Source: Thermodiscus sp.
Lineage (GTDB): Archaea > Thermoproteota > Thermoprotei_A > Sulfolobales > Acidilobaceae
Reading direction: 5' to 3'
DNA length: 64,000 nucleotides
Assembly: GCA_015523485.1 (NCBI GenBank)
Contig: WAKH01000004.1
Coordinates: 1,667-65,666, forward strand
Position 1 is the first letter of the stretch. Each line of letters opens with the position of its first letter. The position numbers and the translations under genes are program-made. Below, piece by piece: positions 57,652 to 64,000 of the stretch. The notes under the pieces are model-generated. The model saw only the letters and a program-made list of their open reading frames with translations. It ran no database searches and was not told the DNA's origin.

Positions 57652-58286
57652 AGTGCTACTATGACTTGTATACGAGGCCTGCTGACCGCGACGCCCTCAT
57701 AGAGCTGTTAGAGTCTGCCAAACGCCTAGGCTACTGTCTACTAGGCGTAGAATACGAAGGAGACTGGAAGGAGGCTAAGTCTATCTCCCAAGAGATCGGC
57801 ATTAGGATTGTAAGGGTAGTAATCCTCGAAGGCGAAAGTAGGAGCGAAGTAGCGAGGAGCTTATCCGGTAAACCGCGTAACGCCTTGTTCTTCGTCAAGG
57901 CAACCAATCAAGACGTAGCCAGATACTCGAGTGCCAACAAGAAATTCGCTGGTTTCCTAGCAGTACCAGGTCAAGAGAGGCTTATCGATAGGAGCACGAA
58001 AACCTTGTTTCACGAGCGTGGCTGGGGAATAGTCCTCGTAACACTAAACCGCCTGTTATCCGAGCGAAAGAGTCGGAGGACCTGGAGATACTACTATCTG
58101 GCCCTGAGGAGAGCCTACGCGTATAGGATAGACCTAGCCCTAGTGAGCGCGGCTAGAACCGATAGCGATCTCTGGCATCCATTATCCGCTATAGGGGTGG
58201 GAGAACTCTTCGGGGTCCCCGCAGAATACACGGCTAGCTGGCTAACAAGCCATCCTGCACGGATAGTCAGTATCCTCACGAGATAG
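57648..58286 (+). CDS. rnp3: RNase P protein component 3 (Rpp30 homologue)
   Basis: MKCYYDLYTRP... TIM-barrel p30 family N-terminus. GTGA overlap with the upstream gene. Confidence 0.85.
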   Translation: MKCYYDLYTRPADRDALIELLESAKRLGYCLLGVEYEGDWKEAKSISQEIGIRIVRVVILEGESRSEVARSLSGKPRNALFFVKATNQDVARYSSANKKFAGFLAVPGQERLIDRSTKTLFHERGWGIVLVTLNRLLSERKSRRTWRYYYLALRRAYAYRIDLALVSAARTDSDLWHPLSAIGVGELFGVPAEYTASWLTSHPARIVSILTR

Positions 58287-59787
58287 ATCGCAGGAGAGAC
58301 TCGTACTCGAACCTCAGCATCCTTAAGCCTGCATAGGGATGCTCGACTATTTCATGCCACGGAGGAGTCCACTCAACAGGCTTCTCCTCCAGGTACTCGG
58401 CTAAATTGATTCCCAGCCTCCGGGCTACTGATTTGAAAGCGCCTAGCCTCCCACCCCTCCTAGCCCATTCAACCACGAGTTCGCCCACCCTCTTATCTCC
58501 CCGGGCGAGGACTGTCTGTACTACCGCCCATTTGGGATCGTAGAATGATACCCTAGCACCCTTCATCGACGCCCTCTTCCTCAACACTCGCATCTTCTCG
58601 GCGATCATCTTTGGATCAGGGACCCTAGACCATTGCATTGGAGTGACAGGCTTCGGCATGAAGGGGTTCACTGCCACCTTGAGGGTCCCTCCACTACTCC
58701 CCACCTTGTAGGCGGCGTCCTCTACTAGCTTGACTGTCTCCTCGAAGTCTTCATCCGTCTCGCCCGGGAAGCCTATCATAATGTACAACTTTACGTTCCG
58801 TAGTCCTCCCTCTAACGCGTTATCTATAGCGGTCATCGTGCCCTCGTATCCTATGCACTTGTTGATAGCCTCTCCTATTCTACAACTACCGGTTTCAGGG
58901 GCTATCGTTATAGTCCGTTGCCCGCCGAGGGAGATCAGCTCTGCCCTCTCCCTCGTAAGGGTCTCAGCCCTAATACTAGGCACAGACACCTCTAGGCCCT
59001 GTGATACCGCGTATTCTAGGATCTTCTGAGCGTGCGGCGAGTCGAAGAAGGCCAGGCTATAGAAGCTCACTTTACCAACACGGTTCGCGGCAATACCCTC
59101 ATCGAGGATGCTTCTCAGCTTCTGGAAGGATCGATCCCTCTTCGGCCTGAATATCATGCCCTCCATGCAGAACCTGCATCCCCTCGCGCACCCTCTAGTG
59201 GTTTCCAACATGAATGATCTTCCCCAGACAGGTTCGATATCCTTGGGGATCCTTTGATCGATGGGATACCATGCGTCATCTAGGTTCCTGACGTATACGC
59301 GTTTGACTCGTTCATTGTATCCGGGTACTAGGAGGCCTTCGATACCCGATAACTCCTGCAGGATTCTCTCCCGAGACTCGTGTTCTACGGCATCTACTAT
59401 TTGCTCGAGGACTGGTTCGGCCTCCCCTACGAGAACTACGTCTAGTATATCGAGTAGTGGGGTGGGGTTGGCCGTAATGGCGGGTCCCCCAGCAAGGATT
59501 ATCGGTCCCTCCCGCCTGTCCCTCCTCCAGACTGGTATACTTAGAGAGTCAAGCATGTCTACAAGGTCGATGTACATCAACTCGTAGGGTAGGCTTGTCA
59601 GTATGATCTTGGACTTTGAAGGATGCGGAGCCTCTCGTTCAGCTATTATCCCGTCCTCCTTGAAGTACACGGCTGTCCTTGCGCCTAGCTCTGATAAGTA
59701 GCCTTTGAGCATGTGGAATGCAAGGCTGGAATAAGCCACCCGCCTATCGCTTAGGTAGAGGATTGCTATGTCGAGGCCTCTTGACAC
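58276..59787 (-). CDS. Radical SAM protein with N-terminal B12-binding-like domain (uncharacterised; TIGR03960-like by memory)
   Basis: CxxxCxxC motif TTRGCARGCRFCMEG. C-terminal blocks NPFMPKPVTPMQWSRV, VLARGDKRVGELV and PWHEIVEHP. Confidence 0.8.
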   Translation of the reverse strand: MSRGLDIAILYLSDRRVAYSSLAFHMLKGYLSELGARTAVYFKEDGIIAEREAPHPSKSKIILTSLPYELMYIDLVDMLDSLSIPVWRRDRREGPIILAGGPAITANPTPLLDILDVVLVGEAEPVLEQIVDAVEHESRERILQELSGIEGLLVPGYNERVKRVYVRNLDDAWYPIDQRIPKDIEPVWGRSFMLETTRGCARGCRFCMEGMIFRPKRDRSFQKLRSILDEGIAANRVGKVSFYSLAFFDSPHAQKILEYAVSQGLEVSVPSIRAETLTRERAELISLGGQRTITIAPETGSCRIGEAINKCIGYEGTMTAIDNALEGGLRNVKLYIMIGFPGETDEDFEETVKLVEDAAYKVGSSGGTLKVAVNPFMPKPVTPMQWSRVPDPKMIAEKMRVLRKRASMKGARVSFYDPKWAVVQTVLARGDKRVGELVVEWARRGGRLGAFKSVARRLGINLAEYLEEKPVEWTPPWHEIVEHPYAGLRMLRFEYESLLRSIS

Positions 59788-61043
59788 CTAAAGACACCGC
59801 CTTTTTCAACATCTCTCTTTACAACACAGCCCGGATAGATCCACGCGTACGAGCCTATCTTGACGCCTGGGTAGATGGAGACGTTTATCCCGGTCTGCGC
59901 GTACCCGCCGATCACCGCTCCCAGCTTCTTCCTCCCGGTATCTACTCTCTTTCCTTTAACCGTCATCTTGATTGTTCCCTTGTCGAATCTCAGGTTGGCG
60001 GTGATTGTTCCTGCTCCTAGGTTCACGTGTTCTCCAACTATGCTGTCTCCTATGTAGTTGAAGTGGGGTGCCTTGGCGCCCTCGAATAGTATTGAAGCCT
60101 TAATCTCCGTGGAATGGCCTGCTTTACTATTACTCATCATGATACTCCATGGCCGCACGTATGCGTGGGGACCCACCTCTACCCCGGGCCCTATGTAGGC
60201 GGGTCCCTCGATGTACGTATATGGCTTAATGCGGGCTCCCTCCTCGATGACCACGGGACCCTCTATGTGAGCATATGGCGATACGTCTCCCTTGACAACC
60301 TCCTTCTCTTGGAGAAGTTCTTCTAGCCTATACCTGCTCGCGGTGAAGAGGTCCCAGGGCCTACCTATGTCGAGCCAGATATCGCTTTCAGGGACCCTCA
60401 CTATACTGACTGGATAGTCCTTCGCCATCGAGGTTAGTGCGTCTGTCGCCTCGTATTCCCCTCGGGGAGATAATGGGAGATCCTTGAAGTAGTCTTTGTG
60501 GTCGGAGGTGATTTTTATCATGCCTGCGAATATGAGGTTACTTGGCTCCTTCCCCTTCTCGGGCTTCTCGACGATCCCCGCGAATCCGCCGTCTCGGATC
60601 TTGAGGACTCCATACTCCCAGGGGGTCTCGGTTACTGCGGCTAGTATTGATGGTGCCTCGGCCGTTGACATCGCCTTGTAGACTCCTTCCCCTACGTAGA
60701 TGTCGGAGTATACTATCAGGATCTCGTCGCCTTCAGCCTCCTTTAACGCTTCGTTTATTGCATGACCCGTCCCAAGCTCCCCCTTCTGGTTGATGACTCT
60801 AGCCTCAACGTTGAGCGACGCAACGTATTGAGTCACTTTATCCATCATGTATGAAGAGACTATGATCACCTCGTCGGGCTGGAAGTAGTTGGATGCGAGT
60901 CTCAAGTGCCTCGAGAGTAACGTCTCGTCTATCACGGGGATAAGGGGTTTAGGCCTCGTCTCAGTGAGGGGTCTTAGGCGCTCGCCCTTGCCTGCGGCCA
61001 GTATTATGAGGCTATTCAACGTCCAGCCCACCCAGCCTGTCAT
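59766..61043 (-). CDS. Bifunctional sugar-1-phosphate nucleotidyltransferase / left-handed beta-helix acetyltransferase (GlmU-like)
   Basis: ILAAGKGERLRPLTETRPKPLIPV nucleotidyltransferase signature. Hexapeptide repeats in the C-terminal third (IGDSIVGEHVNLGAGTITAN...). Confidence 0.85.
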   Translation of the reverse strand: MTGWVGWTLNSLIILAAGKGERLRPLTETRPKPLIPVIDETLLSRHLRLASNYFQPDEVIIVSSYMMDKVTQYVASLNVEARVINQKGELGTGHAINEALKEAEGDEILIVYSDIYVGEGVYKAMSTAEAPSILAAVTETPWEYGVLKIRDGGFAGIVEKPEKGKEPSNLIFAGMIKITSDHKDYFKDLPLSPRGEYEATDALTSMAKDYPVSIVRVPESDIWLDIGRPWDLFTASRYRLEELLQEKEVVKGDVSPYAHIEGPVVIEEGARIKPYTYIEGPAYIGPGVEVGPHAYVRPWSIMMSNSKAGHSTEIKASILFEGAKAPHFNYIGDSIVGEHVNLGAGTITANLRFDKGTIKMTVKGKRVDTGRKKLGAVIGGYAQTGINVSIYPGVKIGSYAWIYPGCVVKRDVEKGGVFRCQEAST

Positions 61044-62100
61044 GAAGTATTGTCGCGAACGCTATTAGTGCTGATGCGGCGGCGTATTCCGTAGAGAGGG
61101 TGACTCCCGGCGCGATATCAACTACCAGGTCGGCGAATCGATAGACTCCAAGCGGTATACCCTCCCTAGACCCGACGAGGATGTTGATCCTCTTACCTCT
61201 CCTGAATAGTTCCCATAGCTTGTCGGCGACCTTAGAGACTGGTTCGCCCTCTGGCTCGAGTACTATTATGATCTCGTCTCTCCTTTCGCGGACTAGTTGG
61301 TGGAGATCTTGTACATAGACCGGTACTCGCCTGGTCTTCCTGTGATAGCTCTTGGACTGTATCCGGTATCGGGATTCTATCCCCTCATGCACTCCTATGA
61401 GGAACTCTGCAAGCTGTCTCGCGTCGACCTTGCCTATCGGAGCAATTACTAGCTCTTTGACCTCGAAGTTCTGCACCTCCCTCCCTATCCTGACTCCCAT
61501 CTTCCTGCAGGCCTCTAATGGACCGAGATACGGCATCTGTATAATGCTGAGTTTCCTGAATAGCCTAGTGACATCGTGCTTACCCGGCCTCATCTTCTTC
61601 CACTCGATAGAGCCTGGGAGTATCGATATCATAGCCGTATCCTGAAGTATCTCGACCTGGACGATCTTATCTGGATAAGTTAAGTTAACGCACGCGCCAG
61701 TCGCGTTTTTCACTCTGTCGCCCACGACAACGTTCACGTCGATACTCGTGTAGTCGTGTTTACCTCGTCTAACAGTTCTCACAGCGAAACACTCATCCCT
61801 ACTTATTAGATCCCTGGCTAGATCAGCTGCCTCCGAGGCTATCTTCTCCGGTATAGCCTCGGTTATTCTATGGATGGGGATTATCCTGTCGGCTTCCACT
61901 ATCTTTTCACTAATTGCCTCGGCCTCCCCTCCCCTACACCCGCTTACTAGGACTAGGCCTTTGAAGCCTAGAGGAGAAGCCTTCGCCTTTAACCAGGGGA
62001 ATTCTTCCTCGATCCTAGCAGCAGTGACCTTCTCCATGTTGAGACTTGTCTTGACTAGGATACATGGTGTGGGATTGGAGGATGAATTCAAGTTCTCCAA
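61012..62100 (-). CDS. THUMP-domain protein fused to an AF2226-like SPOUT RNA methyltransferase domain
   Basis: N-terminal THUMP-like region (FAVRTVRRGKHDYTSIDVNVVVGDRV). The C-terminal INILVGSREGIPLGVYRFADLVVDIAPGVTLSTEYAAASALIAFATIL resembles a SPOUT knot region. Confidence 0.65.
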   Translation of the reverse strand: MENLNSSSNPTPCILVKTSLNMEKVTAARIEEEFPWLKAKASPLGFKGLVLVSGCRGGEAEAISEKIVEADRIIPIHRITEAIPEKIASEAADLARDLISRDECFAVRTVRRGKHDYTSIDVNVVVGDRVKNATGACVNLTYPDKIVQVEILQDTAMISILPGSIEWKKMRPGKHDVTRLFRKLSIIQMPYLGPLEACRKMGVRIGREVQNFEVKELVIAPIGKVDARQLAEFLIGVHEGIESRYRIQSKSYHRKTRRVPVYVQDLHQLVRERRDEIIIVLEPEGEPVSKVADKLWELFRRGKRINILVGSREGIPLGVYRFADLVVDIAPGVTLSTEYAAASALIAFATILHDRLGGLDVE

Positions 62101-62125
62101 TCCCTCAACTAGGTTGGCGGAGGTG

Positions 62126-62782
62126 TTATCGGGCCTTTAGCTGTATTGGCGATATTACGACTGCCTTCTGGGGTCCCTCGGGGCCAGGGACCCATAGGAG
62201 CTTGGACTTGGCGATCTCGACTTTCCTTATAGCGTAGATCTTCCTCGCCGCCTCGTCAATCTCCTGTGCCAGGCTGCCCTCCTGGTCGCTGAATACCATT
62301 GCCTGTATGAACTCGTCTAGCGTGCTTTCAGCGGCCCTCCTCTCTATTATCTCCTTCATCCTCTTCCTGATCAGCTTCTTCTGACTCGTCTTACACCTGT
62401 ATCTTGTGAATACCATGGCCGTTACTCTTAGACCATAACCATCCTTAGTCCATACATCGAAGATACCCGTTATCTTGCTGCTCTTCCTCCTGGTAAGGCT
62501 ACGTATGTAGTCTCTGAGGAGCTCGTGTCCCTTGAACCTTGTGTAAGCAGTGTCTCCCTCAACCTTTACTATCTGGAAGTATAGCTTAATGTGAACGTGG
62601 GCATAGTCGCCTGTTATGTCGAAGAGTGTTACCTCCATAACCCTTCCAATCAACTTGTCCGGGTCGTCGGCTGGCGTCGTGCCCAGGGGCGCCTCACCGA
62701 AGACAGGCGGGGCTACAACATTGTACCACTTCTTCAGCCTCCACGTGTCGCCCGAAGGCCTTCCACGCCTCCTTCTAGCCAT
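62126..62782 (-). CDS. rps3ae: 30S ribosomal protein S3Ae (eS1)
   Basis: RRRRGRPSGDTWRLKKWYNVVAPPVFG. Confidence 0.93.
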   Translation of the reverse strand: MARRRRGRPSGDTWRLKKWYNVVAPPVFGEAPLGTTPADDPDKLIGRVMEVTLFDITGDYAHVHIKLYFQIVKVEGDTAYTRFKGHELLRDYIRSLTRRKSSKITGIFDVWTKDGYGLRVTAMVFTRYRCKTSQKKLIRKRMKEIIERRAAESTLDEFIQAMVFSDQEGSLAQEIDEAARKIYAIRKVEIAKSKLLWVPGPEGPQKAVVISPIQLKAR

Positions 62783-62856
62783 TTCTCATCCACCGTTACC
62801 CTTCTTACCCTTCCGAGGGAGTTGCTTGTATCTGAGTTTAAAGGTGTTATTACCTT

Positions 62857-63108
62857 TTACTCTAGGGAATCAAGCGCTGCGCGAATTGATATTAGTAAAT
62901 CATCCACTGTGTTTCTAAGTGTTAGTATACGCTTCGGATCACTGCATCCTTCCACAGTTACTTCACACTCTAAATTGCCCTGGACCTCTTTACATGAGAC
63001 TGAAAGATATGGAGGCGTTCTCTGGTTATCTGGCTGGAGAGCTCTCGCCACGTGGCTGCTGAAAGGTGTTGGTACCTGAATTCTAGCTATGCAGATTCCT
63101 TCACGCAT
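62857..63108 (-). CDS. Pcc1-family paralogue (candidate second KEOPS Pcc1-like subunit)
   Basis: 83 aa. ARIQVPTPFSSHVARALQPDN...LECEVTVEGCSDPKRILTLRNTVDDLLISIRAALDSLE follows the Pcc1 strand-strand-strand-helix pattern, with LR.T..D.L in the helix. Confidence 0.55.
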   Translation of the reverse strand: MREGICIARIQVPTPFSSHVARALQPDNQRTPPYLSVSCKEVQGNLECEVTVEGCSDPKRILTLRNTVDDLLISIRAALDSLE

Positions 63109-63980
63109 AGGCTCAGACCTACCTCCTCCACGGCCTTTACATCGACTAGCTTCTTAGCCTCCCCGTATCCGAGGGCCTCTTCTACTTGTAGGGTCGATGC
63201 GCATAGCTTGCCGTTAACCTCGAATAATAAAGGTGAATCGCCTACGCGGCCGCTAAGCTTTAGAGCACGCCACATGAAGAGCGGCGAAGTCTTCGACTCT
63301 GATACTATCTTGTATCCTCTGATCCAAGGCTGAACCTTAGTCTTGACGAGCTTGATACCCTCAATTATATCCGCAAAGTACGACGATATATCAATGTGAT
63401 AGTCTTCGACTTTCTCGATTACTGTATCTAACTGTGAAGCTATAGAGACTATTGGCGTCAGGTCCCTCTCAAGGTCTATTGCATATAGTATGCTATTCGC
63501 CCGTAATCTTGGATCAAAGTTTAGGACTCTAGATAAGGTGAGCCCAGCAACATATTCTCCGACATCCACGTCACGCCCAACAACCTCCCTTATGTGGGAT
63601 AGTATAATTAGGGCAGCTTTCTCTAACTCCTCACGCTTCAGGGTCGCGACCACCCTCCCTGCTAGATCTCCAGCACCATTGCCCTGTAGAAGGTCTACGC
63701 ATCCCTCAGGATCGCCTGTCAACCCCGGATAATATGGGTCGATTGTCTTGGATATTGCCTGGCATAGTGTCATACTCATAGGCTTGTAAACCTTCAGGGT
63801 GTTTAGTATCTCGAGGCCAGTATCGGCTTCCACTAGAGCGTCGTATAAGAGCTTGTCTAAACCATGCATCTTCCCAGTCTTCTCAATGAATCCGCCCCAA
63901 TACGTAGCGGAGAATAGTAAGAGGAGGTATTCTCTCCTCCCATAACTGGCTCCAGCCTTAGACATCATTAGTCCGAGCAT
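63087..63980 (-). CDS. Hypothetical protein (reading frame stays open to the right window edge; may be longer)
   Basis: 297-aa ORF from the ATG at 63980. The 20 nt upstream to position 64000 contain no in-frame stop. No motif recognised. Confidence 0.45.
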   Translation of the reverse strand: MLGLMMSKAGASYGRREYLLLLFSATYWGGFIEKTGKMHGLDKLLYDALVEADTGLEILNTLKVYKPMSMTLCQAISKTIDPYYPGLTGDPEGCVDLLQGNGAGDLAGRVVATLKREELEKAALIILSHIREVVGRDVDVGEYVAGLTLSRVLNFDPRLRANSILYAIDLERDLTPIVSIASQLDTVIEKVEDYHIDISSYFADIIEGIKLVKTKVQPWIRGYKIVSESKTSPLFMWRALKLSGRVGDSPLLFEVNGKLCASTLQVEEALGYGEAKKLVDVKAVEEVGLSLCVKESA

Positions 63981-64000
63981 CGCCGGAACGCTTCCCTGAC

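Noticed and set aside
58276-59787. Radical SAM protein as a tetraether synthase or GDGT ring synthase.
   Set aside because: The size is similar, but the C-terminal blocks I can read resemble a different, uncharacterised radical SAM family. There is no lipid-gene context and no positive evidence.
62591-63079. 162-aa plus-strand ORF spanning the rps3ae start, the intergenic gap and the Pcc1-like gene.
   Set aside because: It is antisense to two plausible genes, Ser/Leu/Arg-rich, and has no motif. It was judged spurious.
1-64000. Searched by eye for rRNA, tRNA, CRISPR arrays, IS elements or transposases, integrases, and toxin-antitoxin or defence gene pairs.
   Set aside because: No gap is long enough or tRNA-like (gaps checked: 264-330, 553-649, 1760-1935, 17952-18031, 29385-29469, 29854-29930, 31124-31193, 34465-34549, 44737-44892, 47107-47180, 54489-54643, 62783-62856). 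No spaced direct repeats were seen, and no ORF carries recombinase or defence motifs. A covariance-model scan would still be needed to be definitive.

Overview
This is a very gene-dense 64-kb stretch of core archaeal chromosome: about 75 CDS, well over 90% coding, many 1-30 nt same-strand overlaps, and frequent GTG/TTG starts. Protein content points to a crenarchaeote (Thermoprotei, Desulfurococcales-like). Supporting markers are short-form XPF, ROK glucokinase, an 11-subunit Nuo complex without NuoEFG, eL/eS ribosomal proteins, RpoD/RpoN, the exosome, and AcnX/UbiD-type mevalonate genes. I cannot name the species.

Main blocks, left to right:
- Partial nucleoside phosphorylase, tyrS, dnaG, family-B DNA polymerase, tmk.
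- An operon of ROK glucokinase, an RNase-H-fold ORF, a UbiD-type decarboxylase and AcnX large and small subunits (Aeropyrum-type mevalonate pathway).
- A PNP-family phosphorylase, then a compositionally odd kinase/DUF2797-like pair with a divergent GNAT.
- mptA, pheT, pheS and gltX.
- An isoprenoid operon: Memo-like, degenerate GHMP-like ORF, IPK, IDI-2, GGPP synthase, small barrel protein.
- The S2-RpoN-S9-L13-L18e-RpoD-S11-S4-S13 cluster and L7Ae.
- ppa, an orphan membrane protein, a beta-CASP/MBL nuclease with a membrane protein, and an FdhE-like protein with a PLP decarboxylase.
- nuoABCDHIJKMLN, then EF-2.
- The archaeal exosome/proteasome superoperon: XPF, DHH, prefoldin beta, Pcc1, Brix, L37Ae, Rrp42/41/4, SBDS, PsmA, Pop5, GTPase, L15e, DUF54, Rpp30.
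- A radical-SAM protein, a GlmU-like enzyme, a THUMP-SPOUT methylase, S3Ae and a second Pcc1 paralogue.

I found no rRNA, tRNA, CRISPR array, IS element, integrase or recognisable defence system. The only RNA gene candidate is one C/D-box sRNA upstream of pop5.

Nothing here looks like a dramatic new system. The more interesting leads are a degenerate GHMP-kinase-like ORF in the slot where mevalonate kinase would be expected, a RuvX/YqgF-like ORF heading the AcnX/UbiD operon, an AT-rich kinase plus DUF2797-like module, the Pcc1/Pcc1-like pair, and the C/D sRNA candidate. All product calls rest on motifs read by eye from the ORF track; no database search was possible.
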